The translations under genes were made by a program, and so were the position numbers. The notes under the pieces were generated by a model. That model did not search any database and had not been told where the DNA came from. It saw only the letters and a list, made by a program, of their open reading frames with translations. From Desulfosudaceae bacterium (GTDB taxonomy: Bacteria > Desulfobacterota > Desulfobacteria > Desulfobacterales > Desulfosudaceae), in NCBI GenBank assembly GCA_963674745.2, contig CAXXDV010000001.1:416001-480000 (forward strand): a stretch of 64,000 bases of DNA, in the 5' to 3' direction. Below are positions 47,980-57,946 of the stretch, one piece after another (positions within the stretch are counted from its first letter, which is position 1; every line of letters begins with the position of its first letter).

Positions 47980-48594
47980 ATGGCCTCAATAACAAAGGTG
48001 ATGGTCAGCCTGGCACTGAACGGTTTTTCGGGATGGAAGGCCCTGACCATCGAGCAGATACTGGGAAAACCGGCCGAGGAAGTCCGGCTGGAAGATATGC
48101 GGGGGCTCTCACGCCGTCAGGTTTTAGACTTGTTCCACGCGGCAGACGCCCCGGAATTCAAAAAAATCAAGGGCGAATATAAGGCGGAGATTCTGCCGGC
48201 AGGCCCTTTTGCAGCGGTGGCCGCTTTTTACACCCATAAACTTTTCGGCCCCGGCCACTGGGAAGGCAAAGCCTTTTTTCCCTTCAGCGATCGGTCGGGT
48301 TGGGGGTACAATATTTTTTCCGTTAACAGGAAGAGTCGGGAAACAATGGCCCGTACCTGCAAAATGAACACCTGCCATGGCCTGTCCAATATAGACAACA
48401 AATGCTCCCTGCATCTGGACTATGCCGCTCATAACGGTTTTTTGAACCACACCATGCATGACGAAATTCGACGTATAAACGACGAATTGTATATCGGTAT
48501 GGGCTACATGAGTGTCGGCGGAGGACCGGCCAATCCGGCGCCGTTTGTACTTTTCGACAGGCCCTCTAAATGGGTAGGGCCGGACAAAACCTGA
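47980..48594 (+). CDS. Hypothetical protein (possibly beta-barrel/lipocalin-like)
   Basis: Coupled to the SDR gene (2-nt gap); W.GK.F, LDY and DEIRRIN motifs. Function not recognised. Confidence 0.6.
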   Translation: MASITKVMVSLALNGFSGWKALTIEQILGKPAEEVRLEDMRGLSRRQVLDLFHAADAPEFKKIKGEYKAEILPAGPFAAVAAFYTHKLFGPGHWEGKAFFPFSDRSGWGYNIFSVNRKSRETMARTCKMNTCHGLSNIDNKCSLHLDYAAHNGFLNHTMHDEIRRINDELYIGMGYMSVGGGPANPAPFVLFDRPSKWVGPDKT

Positions 48595-48744
48595 GGGCGG
48601 CTGATATTTATCCAGACCGTGTTACAGCTTGACCGCTGACAGCAACATGTATTACTTTTAATAATAATCCAAACTCAGGGGAAAGCCATGAGATCATCCA
48701 CATTCTTCACTCATTCAGCCCAAACCTTAAAACAGGCGTTATAA

Positions 48745-49025
48745 ATGACCCGCAAAAAAAGGGACCCTGATCGCGAATATGAAGAAGCCGTCAAGGATTT
48801 CAAAAAAACCTTTGTGAAAACCCGGGACTTTTTGGATTTTTCGGTGGATTAATGACCGGCTTTTTAATTGGGTGGGTACGTTGGTTTTTCGAACTTAAAC
48901 ATACCGGAAATATGTTTGAGGCAGCCGCAAAAACCATACCGGTAAGCATGTTTTTAGGCGGATTCATCTGCTTTATCGCCGGTACGATATTACACTTTAT
49001 TTTTGAATGGTTTAGAGACAAATAG
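48745..49025 (+). pseudogene. Small two-TM membrane protein interrupted at an A7 tract
   Basis: MTRKKRDPDREYEEAVKDFKK joins NLCENPGLFGFFGGLMTGFLIGW...FIFEWFRDK* if one A is added at 48802-48808, giving 93 aa. Confidence 0.45.
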
Positions 49026-49043
49026 AGGGAAAAGGCCTTATTC

Positions 49044-50006
49044 ATGAAAGATGACACTGCGGACACAGGTCTGCAGACAGCCCATGACATCTGCCAGAAG
49101 CTGACCGCCAATATCGAAATCGTCATGCGGGGCCAGAGCGCCGCCATACGGTTGCTGCTGGCCGGTTTCGGCAGTGGCGGGCACATCCTGCTGGAGGACT
49201 ATCCCGGAACCGGCAAGACCACCCTGGCCAAAACCCTGGCTTTAAGCATCAACACCGGTTTCCGTCGTATCCAGTTCACACCCGACCTGTTGCCGTCCGA
49301 CATCCTGGGGGTTTCGATTTTCAACCAGCAAAGCCAGACCTTCAACCTGCACAAAGGGCCGATTTTCACCAACATCCTGCTGGTGGATGAAATCAACCGG
49401 GCTTCACCCAGGACCCAGTCCGCGCTGCTGGAAGCGATGGCTGAAGGTCAGGTCAGTATTGATGGTGAAGTCCGCCGTCTGGAAGACCTTTTTTTTGTCA
49501 TTGCCACCCAGAACCCCGTGGAGTCCCGCGGAACCTACCCCCTGCCCGAGGCCCAGATGGACCGGTTTGCGCTGAAATTCGACCTGGGCTATGTCTCTGC
49601 CGGAGAGGAAGTCGCCATCCTGACGGACCAGAAAGAAAGCCATCCCATTGAGCAGGTATCATCTTGCGTAGACACCGGCGATATTAAGACCCTCAAACAG
49701 GCCATCAACCAGGTACGCATCAGCGAAGAACTGAAAAATTATATTGTTGCCATCGTACGCCGGACCCGGAACATTGAAGGAGTTGAACTGGGTGCCGGCC
49801 CGAGAGCATCGCTGACGCTCATGAAAACCGCCAAGGCGATTGCACTGTATGACGGTCTTGAATACGTGACGCCGGAACATATTCAGGAACTGGCCGTTCC
49901 GGCCATTGCCCACCGCATGGTGCTGTTTCCCCAGGCGACATTTTCCGGCCGGACAACGGCGGATGTCGTAAAAGAGGCCTTGGAAGCGGTGCCGGTTCCC
50001 TCATAA
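49044..50006 (+). CDS. moxR: MoxR family AAA+ ATPase
   Basis: LLEDYPGTGKT, RIQFTPDLLPSD, DEINRA.PRTQSALLEAM, and PLPEAQMDRF. Confidence 0.93.
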   Translation: MKDDTADTGLQTAHDICQKLTANIEIVMRGQSAAIRLLLAGFGSGGHILLEDYPGTGKTTLAKTLALSINTGFRRIQFTPDLLPSDILGVSIFNQQSQTFNLHKGPIFTNILLVDEINRASPRTQSALLEAMAEGQVSIDGEVRRLEDLFFVIATQNPVESRGTYPLPEAQMDRFALKFDLGYVSAGEEVAILTDQKESHPIEQVSSCVDTGDIKTLKQAINQVRISEELKNYIVAIVRRTRNIEGVELGAGPRASLTLMKTAKAIALYDGLEYVTPEHIQELAVPAIAHRMVLFPQATFSGRTTADVVKEALEAVPVPS

Positions 50007-50024
50007 CATGCCATAAAAAAACTG

Positions 50025-51377
50025 ATGATCAATCGCTTTCTCTATCGCAGCTACCGTTTTTTTTATGCCTGGCAACTGTGGCGCGAACGCCGGTTTAGCC
50101 GTGCCGGCTGGGTCCTGTTCTGCCTCGTCGGCGTCCTGGGGCTGTTCAGCCTGGAGACCAACCGGGCCATGGTTTATCAGGCGTTTGCTTTTCTTCTGCC
50201 CGTCATGGGCTTTGCCGTTCTTTTCAGCCTGTTCTTCAGAAGCCGGTTCGAAGTTCGACGTGAGCTTCCCCGATATGCCACCGCCGGCGAAAACCTGACA
50301 TACGCTGTTTACGTAACCAATAACAGCCGTCATCGTCAGCGGGGATTACTGGCCATCGAAAATATGGCCAATCCCTGCCCCGACATGGAAGAAATGCTAA
50401 CCATACCCGAGCCCGGAGAAAACAAACGTAATGCCTGGGATCGACGGGTCATGTGGTTCCGGTTTCAGTGGCTCATCAGACTGCGCAAACGGGCCGATGC
50501 CGGTGAATTCTCCCTGTTGCCCATGGAGCCCGGGGCCACGGTGAAAAACCGGGCCGTGCTCATGCCGCTGCGGCGTGGCCGCATCAACCTGACCGGCATG
50601 ACCATTACCCGTCCCGATCCGCTGGGACTATTCAAGGCAACGGCCCGTATCCAAAACCGTCAGTCCGCCATTATTCTTCCCCGGCGGTATCCGGTACCGT
50701 CACTGACGCTGCCCGGTGTCCGCCAGTATCAGCCGGGTGGCGTGGCCATGGCATCATCGGTGGGAAATTCACAGGAATTCTTTTCTGTCCGGGAATACCG
50801 TCCCGGAGACCCTTTACGCCACATCCACTGGAAAAGCTGGGCGCGAATCGGCAAGCCCGCAATAAAAGAATTCCAGGACGAATTCTTTGTGCGCCACGCC
50901 CTTATTCTGGACACCTTTGAGCCAAACGGAGAGACAGACGTTTTTGAAAGTGCCGTCTCTGTCGCGGCGTCTTTTGTTGATGCTTTTCAGTCACAGGAAG
51001 CGTTGCTTGATTTAATGTTCGTGGAAGACCGGGCCTATTGTTTCTCTTGTGGACGCGGATTGTCCGATACCGGACGGATGCTTGAAATTCTGGCGGATGT
51101 GACCGCCTGCCGGGATAAACCCTTTGAATCCCTGTGGCCGATTGTTTTTGAAAACGCGGCGCATTTAAGCGGTTGCCTGTGTGTTCTGCTGGGATGGGAC
51201 GAAACAAGGCGGAACTTTGTCCGGCAGTTACAGGCAATGCATCTGCCAATGTGCGTCATCATCATCAAAGACAGCCAATCCGAAAAGGAAATTGATCCGG
51301 ACCCCACACATGATCAGACCGCGGCGTTCCATGTCCTGGAAACCGGATCAATCAAAGAGGGACTTGCCGCCATATGA
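50025..51377 (+). CDS. DUF58 domain membrane protein
   Basis: DPLGLF and EFFSVREYRPGDPLRHIHWKSWAR. Confidence 0.9.
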   Translation: MINRFLYRSYRFFYAWQLWRERRFSRAGWVLFCLVGVLGLFSLETNRAMVYQAFAFLLPVMGFAVLFSLFFRSRFEVRRELPRYATAGENLTYAVYVTNNSRHRQRGLLAIENMANPCPDMEEMLTIPEPGENKRNAWDRRVMWFRFQWLIRLRKRADAGEFSLLPMEPGATVKNRAVLMPLRRGRINLTGMTITRPDPLGLFKATARIQNRQSAIILPRRYPVPSLTLPGVRQYQPGGVAMASSVGNSQEFFSVREYRPGDPLRHIHWKSWARIGKPAIKEFQDEFFVRHALILDTFEPNGETDVFESAVSVAASFVDAFQSQEALLDLMFVEDRAYCFSCGRGLSDTGRMLEILADVTACRDKPFESLWPIVFENAAHLSGCLCVLLGWDETRRNFVRQLQAMHLPMCVIIIKDSQSEKEIDPDPTHDQTAAFHVLETGSIKEGLAAI

Positions 51378-53344
51378 AACCGCCGCCTTTTATCATCACC
51401 GCTGCCATCCTGTTCTGGGGTGCCCACACCGGCATGATACCCGTTGCCCTGGCCATGGCCCTTCCCCTGGAATTGCCCCGCCTGGTGCAGCGCCGGTGGA
51501 ACTTTGATGACGCCGACTTTAACCGGGTGGCAGACATCTGCGCGGTGGTTATTATCGGCCTGTTTGTCTATTTTCTCAGCATCACGCCCATCAAGGCCCT
51601 CTATGCCGTCGGCAAATGGCTGCCTGTGGCCGTATTCCCCATAATGGCCGTTCAGTCATACAGCACGCAAGGCCGGGTGCGCGCCAGCTCCCTGATCTGG
51701 ATGCTGAGACGCGCGGAGGCCCGGGGTGAGATCACACCGCGTTACGTCGACCTGTCTTATCCTTACATCGCCATTTGCGTCATCGCCGCCGGGATCGCCA
51801 ATGTCCGAACGCCATGGTTTTATCCCGGTGTAATAGTTCTTTCCGTGTGGGCATTATTTCCGCTTCGCTCAAGGCGTTATCCCTTTGCCGTATGGATTAT
51901 CATTCTGACCTTTATCGGTTTTACCGGTTTCGGGCTGCATAACGGCATGCACGGCTTTCAAAAACTGGCCATGCGCTGGTATTACAAGAACTTCATGAGC
52001 CCCGCGGATCCTTTTTTTGCAACCACGGCCATCGGGGACATCGGTGAGCTGAAACCGTCGGGACGAATCCTGTTCCGGGTAAAACAGGCCGGGGCTGAGC
52101 CGCTCCCTGCCATGCTGATCGAAGGTGTTTATAATCTGTATGTCTCACGGGACTGGGTTGCCATGGGCGCCGACTTAAATTCAATAGACCCGGAAAACAG
52201 CACCAATAAATGGGTCCTGACCGCCGGCGCCGACCTCAAAGCCGCCGCAACAATAGCCGCCCCTCTCAAACGGGGCGAGGGAATACTGAAACTGCCGCCT
52301 GACACCATTGAAGTCACAAATCTGCCTGTGGCCGCCATCCATCAGAACCGGTTAGGCGCGGTCACAGTGGATGGCGGTCCGGGCCTGGTCACATATACGG
52401 CCAAAACCGGGATATTAAAAACCGTTTCCGCTCCTGATCGATATGACTTAAAAATACCGCACCAGGAGAAAACGGTCATTCGTGACGTAGCCCGATCACT
52501 GGCGTTCGAGGGGCAATCACCGGATAAAATTGTTGCACGGTTGAGCAACTGGTTTCAGGAAGCGTTTACCTACTCCCTGGAACTGGAGGCGCACAAAAAA
52601 GGCACGGCACTGACCGACTTTCTTTTGCGCACCCGTTCCGGACACTGTGAATATTTTGCCACGGCAACGGTTCTCCTGCTTCGCGAAGCCGGTATTCCGG
52701 CCCGTTATGTCACCGGTTATGTTGTGCCTGAAAGAGCCGAGGACCCGACGGGCTGGGTCCCCGTCAGGGGCCGTCACGCCCATGCCTGGGCCACGGCATT
52801 TATCAATCAAAAATGGGTGCCCGTTGACACCACCCCGCCGGGCTGGATACAGGCGGAGGATGAGAACGCTGCTGTATGGGAACCGCTCTACAGCCGGCTG
52901 TCTGGCTTTTATTTCGCCTATAACTTGTGGCGTTGGGGAGAAGAGCGCAACCTGTCCAATTACCTGCTGTGGCTGCTGATTCCCATGATACTGTATCTCG
53001 GCCGTAGTCTTTTCCGTCGCCGGGTCACCCATAAAAATCAGACGGCGAAAACGCAAAAACGGATGGAGGCCATATGGCCGGGCACGGATTCGGCTTTTTA
53101 CCGGGTGGAACAGGCCCTTTTATCCCGGGGATACGACCGGTTTGAAGGCGAAACCCTGACGGCATGGATATTGAGAATACAGGCACATCTGCCCGACCGG
53201 GAACTGACGGATCACATAAAGACCTTACTGGCGCTTCACTATAAATACCGGTTTGACCCGATTGGCCTCAATCCGGATGAAAAAGAACGACTGGTCCGGG
53301 ATGCCGACCAGATTCTGTCAGGCATGGCGTCAAAAACAATATGA
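51374..53344 (+). CDS. Membrane-anchored transglutaminase-like protein (TgpA-like)
   Basis: N-terminal TMs; Cys-His-Asp triad in GHCEYFATA, AHAW and VDTTP. Confidence 0.88.
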   Translation: MKPPPFIITAAILFWGAHTGMIPVALAMALPLELPRLVQRRWNFDDADFNRVADICAVVIIGLFVYFLSITPIKALYAVGKWLPVAVFPIMAVQSYSTQGRVRASSLIWMLRRAEARGEITPRYVDLSYPYIAICVIAAGIANVRTPWFYPGVIVLSVWALFPLRSRRYPFAVWIIILTFIGFTGFGLHNGMHGFQKLAMRWYYKNFMSPADPFFATTAIGDIGELKPSGRILFRVKQAGAEPLPAMLIEGVYNLYVSRDWVAMGADLNSIDPENSTNKWVLTAGADLKAAATIAAPLKRGEGILKLPPDTIEVTNLPVAAIHQNRLGAVTVDGGPGLVTYTAKTGILKTVSAPDRYDLKIPHQEKTVIRDVARSLAFEGQSPDKIVARLSNWFQEAFTYSLELEAHKKGTALTDFLLRTRSGHCEYFATATVLLLREAGIPARYVTGYVVPERAEDPTGWVPVRGRHAHAWATAFINQKWVPVDTTPPGWIQAEDENAAVWEPLYSRLSGFYFAYNLWRWGEERNLSNYLLWLLIPMILYLGRSLFRRRVTHKNQTAKTQKRMEAIWPGTDSAFYRVEQALLSRGYDRFEGETLTAWILRIQAHLPDRELTDHIKTLLALHYKYRFDPIGLNPDEKERLVRDADQILSGMASKTI

Positions 53345-54321
53345 TGGTATCCGGTTTTTTTATGCGACAAAAAAGCCCCTTCAACCCGTCCACCCGGCGG
53401 ACCAACGTTATCACCGTTTCCCGGATCGCCGGCTGTTATATCGCCTGGTGCCTGCTGCAGGCCCTGATTTACGGGGCGGGTTTCATGTTTCCCCCGGCTG
53501 AGACCATGTCCTGTATTTTGATCCCCGCAGCCGTCATCGTTAACATTTTGTTCGCCTGCCAATTGACCCTCGCTCATCTGGTATACGTCGAACCAGTTCT
53601 GGCGCGCCGCCCGGTCTTTCGATCCCTGCTGATCATTGTCTGCCTGGCGCTTGGAACGGGCCTGCTCTTCTGGGCTCAAGGCAGAGGATCGACTTTTTTT
53701 ATCCAGACACTGTCGACCGCCAATCTTTTGGTGCTGGCCTGCCTGACAGGGCCCTGGCTCACGGTTTCCCTCAAGCGGCCTTCGGAAATCGTCCTTCTGG
53801 CCGCGCTGGTCCTGGCCATCGACGGGATAAGCGTGCTGGCCGGTCCCACGCGAACAATCAGCACTGTTCTCAAGCCGTTTTACAAAGGCGGCATGAAAGG
53901 TCCGGTACCGCTCAGCGACGCGCTGATTGTCAAAGCAGCCGTGCCCGGCCTGCCTCAGGCGATACCGGTGTTCGGCGTCTCCGACTGGATCATGCTGGTG
54001 TTTTTCGCGGCCGCCTGCGCCCGGTTCAATATCCGGGACAATCTTCTCGGCCCGGGGCTTGATAAACTTGTCCGCCGGAAACAACCCGGCCGGCCCTTCC
54101 TTCCCATCACCGGCGCCGGCCTTATCGCGGCCGTCGTCACGGCCCAGATCCTGGGCCTGTTTCTCCCGGCCCTGCCGTTTATGGCGCTGGCCCTGATATT
54201 ATATCTGACAATATGCTTTCCGGAAACACGGCATATGAAGCTGCGGGAATGGATCATCGCGGCCGCGTTAGTCACGGCTACCGGTGTCGTATGCCTTCTG
54301 GTTTTTCATACCGGCGGATAA
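53341..54321 (+). CDS. Multi-pass membrane protein, presenilin/signal-peptide-peptidase-like aspartyl protease candidate
   Basis: Intramembrane AID.ISV..GPT, FGVSD (GxGD variant) and LPALP appear in the canonical order. Confidence 0.6.
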   Translation: MMVSGFFMRQKSPFNPSTRRTNVITVSRIAGCYIAWCLLQALIYGAGFMFPPAETMSCILIPAAVIVNILFACQLTLAHLVYVEPVLARRPVFRSLLIIVCLALGTGLLFWAQGRGSTFFIQTLSTANLLVLACLTGPWLTVSLKRPSEIVLLAALVLAIDGISVLAGPTRTISTVLKPFYKGGMKGPVPLSDALIVKAAVPGLPQAIPVFGVSDWIMLVFFAAACARFNIRDNLLGPGLDKLVRRKQPGRPFLPITGAGLIAAVVTAQILGLFLPALPFMALALILYLTICFPETRHMKLREWIIAAALVTATGVVCLLVFHTGG

Positions 54322-54341
54322 ACGCCTAAACCGGGCCGCTG

Positions 54342-55115
54342 TTACTTTTTAATCAACTTCTTAAAATCCGGCTTTCGTTTTTCCAGAAAGGCCATTACGG
54401 CTTCCATGTTTTCCGGGCTGCCCGCCTGGCGGCTCATGGCATCATGTTCGGCGTCCAGGGCCGCCTGGATACCCGTCTTATGCATGACATTCAGGCACCG
54501 CTTGGTTTCTTTCAAGGCGTTGACCGGCCATTGCGCGATCTCCGCCGCTGTTTTCAGGGCGGTCTCCAGGACTTCGGCATCGCTGCACTTGGCCTTGGCG
54601 ATACCCGTTGCCACGGTTTCATCCGCGTCTACCCATTTTGAGCTCAACAGGATTTCCGCCGCCCGCTGGGTGCCGATTCTGGCCTGCAGCATATAGGTAC
54701 TGCCAAACTCGGGTGCCATGCCCAGGCTGGTAAACGGCACCCGCAGGCGCAGGCTTTCTCCGACATAAAGCACATCGCAATAAAACAGTATGGTCGCACC
54801 GCCGCCCACGGCAACGCCGGTGGCCGCGCCGATAAGGGGTTTGTCGAATTCAACCACGGCATCCTCACCGGTCCTGTATGAAGCACCGCCGCCACCGGGC
54901 AGGCTTTCAAAATCGCCCAGGTCCTGGCCGGAGCTGAAATTGTTACCGGCGCCGGTGATCACCACCACGTTGACATCATCGTCCTGCCTGGCCTCGTTCA
55001 GGGCGTCGGCAAGTCCCTGCCATTGCGCGGCGTTAAAGGCGTTTTTTTTATCAGGCCGGTTCAGGGTCACCACCAGCACACCGTCATTCAGTTCTTTTAA
55101 AACGACATCACTCAT
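54342..55115 (-). CDS. Enoyl-CoA hydratase/isomerase family protein
   Basis: LNRPDKKNA, FSSGQDL, AVGGG, PE.G, and FLEKRKPDF. Confidence 0.9.
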   Translation of the reverse strand: MSDVVLKELNDGVLVVTLNRPDKKNAFNAAQWQGLADALNEARQDDDVNVVVITGAGNNFSSGQDLGDFESLPGGGGASYRTGEDAVVEFDKPLIGAATGVAVGGGATILFYCDVLYVGESLRLRVPFTSLGMAPEFGSTYMLQARIGTQRAAEILLSSKWVDADETVATGIAKAKCSDAEVLETALKTAAEIAQWPVNALKETKRCLNVMHKTGIQAALDAEHDAMSRQAGSPENMEAVMAFLEKRKPDFKKLIKK

Positions 55116-55217
55116 CTTTTACTTTCCCTTCAATAAGTTAACCGGTTATTTGTATCAAAATAACAACTTCATTTTCATTTCCGCCGATGACTCCCGGAAA
55201 AACCCAAGAGGCCGGAG

Positions 55218-55370
55218 TTTCAAAGGGTCAAGTGAACAGAAAAAAAATCACCCAGCACAAGCCCTTGGCCCCTCGACCCCTTGAATCCTTGAACCCTTCA
55301 CAATGTATGCAAAATTTCGAGGGGTGCAGCGTAACACAAAGCAGAGCTCGAACGTTTTACAAAGCCATTA
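55218..55370. repeat. Octamer-repeat element plus degenerate copy of the 1006-1128 element
   Basis: CCCTTGGCCCCTCGACCCCTTGAATCCTTGAACCCT (55262-55297), then GCAAAATTTCGAGGGGTGCAGCGTA..GCAGAG..AAGCCATTA. Confidence 0.65.
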
Positions 55371-56618
55371 CCAGCGGCGGCCCAGCCATGCACTGATCGA
55401 GGTCCTTATCAAATTAGGCGTCAGCCTGGCGCCCAGAGCGACATAACCGCCCGGCGGTTTCTTGTAATCCGCAACCGGCTTCATGGTGATCGCCCGGGCC
55501 TTGTCGCAGGCCACGACACACTGGCCGCAACCCACGCAGCGTTTTAAATCATGATGGTGGGTCTTGTTGCGGGTGTCCACCGTTATGGCGCCCATGGGGC
55601 AACGCAGGGCGCACTTGGCGCAATGGTCACAGGCGTTCATATCAAACACCGGCAGATATCGCGGCGGCGCGATCATGGCCGGCATGTTGTACTGGGTCAC
55701 GGTCTGCATCATATGGCAGCAACAACCGCAGCAGGAGCAGGAGGAGCCGCCGTATTTCCCCGAATCTTCATTAAATATCCAGCTCACCAGACCGGCCTGT
55801 TCGGCCTGACATTTTATTTCAACCGCTTCCTGTTTATCGATAATACGCGCCTTTCCGGCATCGGCCAGGACTTTCACAACCCCTTCCCCGAAAATCACAC
55901 AGTTTTCCAGGGGGCGTCCGCAGCCCCGCCCGGCCAGTATTTCGGTCATTCTGCACTGGCAATTCGTGACCCCAAAGATATGATAACGATCCATGATCTC
56001 CTCCAGGCGATCCGAGGGCAGGGCCACTTGCTGGGCCTCCAGAGTATGATGGCCGGGAAGGTAACGAACGGCCGGCAGATCATATTTCAGATAATCGGTC
56101 AGAAAGCCGGTTTCCACCAGGCGCTCAAACAATTCGGCAAACCGGCGCTGCCAGTCGGACAGGTTGTCCAGGGCCGTGGTCATCATAACCGCTTCAAAGG
56201 TGCCGGGTAAGATAGGCATGACCGCGTATTTTCGTTTTGGCCCGTCTCCCGTGGCCAGGAGAATAAATTTCTCGCGGCTTAAATGATCCAGTATTTTCCG
56301 TACCTCTTCCACCGGCCGCTGGCTGGCCTTGGCCGCTTTCTGAGCGGTCATGCGGACCATGGGCTTAAAATGCCTCACGATATCCGCTTCTTCCTCCGTA
56401 AACATATGCATGATCAAATCCATCAGCTCGTCACAGACTGGCGGACCGGCAAGGCGGGTGGAAGAATAGAGCCTGGCCGTATCCCGGAAGGCTTTAGGCA
56501 CATCCGGGTAAGCACCGAGTGGCTTAATATTGACACTCTTGGTCAGGGGGGGTTTGGGCCCGACGATTCCCTGATTGACTTCAATGATAGTCGTGGCCTT
56601 GGATTTTTCGTCCGCCAT
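55368..56618 (-). CDS. Cys-rich 4Fe-4S dicluster protein
   Basis: CQCR..CGRPLENC, CSCCGCCC, and two ferredoxin motifs CDHCAKCALRCP / CVGCGQCVVAC. Confidence 0.85.
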   Translation of the reverse strand: MADEKSKATTIIEVNQGIVGPKPPLTKSVNIKPLGAYPDVPKAFRDTARLYSSTRLAGPPVCDELMDLIMHMFTEEEADIVRHFKPMVRMTAQKAAKASQRPVEEVRKILDHLSREKFILLATGDGPKRKYAVMPILPGTFEAVMMTTALDNLSDWQRRFAELFERLVETGFLTDYLKYDLPAVRYLPGHHTLEAQQVALPSDRLEEIMDRYHIFGVTNCQCRMTEILAGRGCGRPLENCVIFGEGVVKVLADAGKARIIDKQEAVEIKCQAEQAGLVSWIFNEDSGKYGGSSCSCCGCCCHMMQTVTQYNMPAMIAPPRYLPVFDMNACDHCAKCALRCPMGAITVDTRNKTHHHDLKRCVGCGQCVVACDKARAITMKPVADYKKPPGGYVALGARLTPNLIRTSISAWLGRRW

Positions 56619-56635
56619 AATTTTCTCCCTTTGTC

Positions 56636-57760
56636 TTATTCAGGAAAACACTGCCCGGGTTTTTCGCCGGCTTTTTCCTTGAGTTCTTTTAAACCCGGCC
56701 GGGCGTATTCCATGTGCCCTTCCTTTAAGGTGGGGCCATTGATGATGACCTCGGATCTGAGCCGGCGGCCCATGGTTTTTTCCATATTCCTGCCCAGTTT
56801 TAACACCTTCCGGACATCATAGCCATGATCGATGCCCATCTCATCCAGTTGCACGATCAAATCTTCCAGGCAGACGAGCCCCACATATCTGGGGTCGTCA
56901 TAATAGTAATCCCCGGTGCCCTTGACCGGACAGTCATCGAGGAAATTGGCGGGCTGCCCGCCCAGGCCGCCCAGGGTGGCCTCGAAGTTGGTGATACCCG
57001 CCTGCAGGGCCGCCAGAATAGAGGCCGAAGCCACGCGCTTGGTTTCATGAAAGTGGGCGATATGCCTGGAGACATCCGGGATTTCGTCCAGGACCATGGA
57101 AAAATAGCGATACACTTCAGGGGCCGAGGCGCTGCCGTCATGGTCGGCATGCTCGACATCACTGGCCCCGATATCAAGCCATCTTTTCGTGAAAGTGACG
57201 GCGTCTTTCATGTCGGTTGCCCCGCCGATGGGACTTCCCCAGATGGTGCTGACCGTACCGCACATCTTCATACCCGCATCACGGCACTTCTTGATGGCCC
57301 GCTCGGCTTCGGCCCAGTACCGGGGCAGCGTGATACCGGAATTGGCATAATGGTGCTCTTCTTCGGTGGATACCATCATCAGGCACCTGTCCGGCCCTAC
57401 GCCCGCTTCTCTTAAGCGGATGGCCTTGTCAACCGCAGGCTCCCGGATGGTCACCGCCGTAAAGCAGATATCGGCCGGATTAATCCCCCGCTTTTCACAA
57501 CCCTTGATAAACCGTTCGCTCCGGAAGTACTTAAGTACCTCTTCGGCGTCCCGAAACTGCGGCATGATATAAGGATTGCCGAGGTTGGTCAGTTCAATAT
57601 ACCGGCAACCGGCAAAAATCAGTTCTTCGGCGTAATGAATTTTGGCCGCGGTTGAAATAAACTTCTCCTCGTGCTGAAACCCGTCCCTGACGGTAATGTC
57701 ACCAATCGTGACTTTTTTCGGCATTCTGGGGAAAACTTTCCATAAATCATGTTCGGACAT
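56636..57760 (-). CDS. HMG-CoA-lyase-like DRE-TIM metallolyase (pyruvate carboxyltransferase domain)
   Basis: DITVRDGFQHE, HFHET, and LGGLGGQP (Gln at the HMGL Cys position). RBS supports a start at 57760. Confidence 0.82.
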   Translation of the reverse strand: MSEHDLWKVFPRMPKKVTIGDITVRDGFQHEEKFISTAAKIHYAEELIFAGCRYIELTNLGNPYIMPQFRDAEEVLKYFRSERFIKGCEKRGINPADICFTAVTIREPAVDKAIRLREAGVGPDRCLMMVSTEEEHHYANSGITLPRYWAEAERAIKKCRDAGMKMCGTVSTIWGSPIGGATDMKDAVTFTKRWLDIGASDVEHADHDGSASAPEVYRYFSMVLDEIPDVSRHIAHFHETKRVASASILAALQAGITNFEATLGGLGGQPANFLDDCPVKGTGDYYYDDPRYVGLVCLEDLIVQLDEMGIDHGYDVRKVLKLGRNMEKTMGRRLRSEVIINGPTLKEGHMEYARPGLKELKEKAGEKPGQCFPE

Positions 57761-57773
57761 ATACACCTCTTAT

Positions 57774-57808
57774 AGGGTTCAAGGATTCAAGGGGTCGAGG
57801 GTTCAAGG
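57774..57808. repeat. Octamer tandem repeat
   Basis: AGGGTTCAAGGATTCAAGGGGTCGAGGGTTCAAGG; near-exact reverse complement of 55262-55297. Confidence 0.75.
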
Positions 57809-57946
57809 TTCTTCCTGAACGGCCTCATTAACACTTTTAAATATTTTCTATGGTTCGGTTGAACACCAACCACATAATCACATAAACACTTAACCGCCTA
57901 AAACCTTAAAACTCTAAAACCATAAAACCAAATCCTATTCTGACTT

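Noticed and set aside
55262..57808. Composite transposon bounded by inverted octamer repeats
   Set aside because: No transposase or target duplication is present; the same repeat occurs at unrelated loci, and the enclosed genes are metabolic.
57898..57932. TAAAACC-type short tandem repeats
   Set aside because: About four degenerate units in an AT-rich spacer, with no further support for a function.
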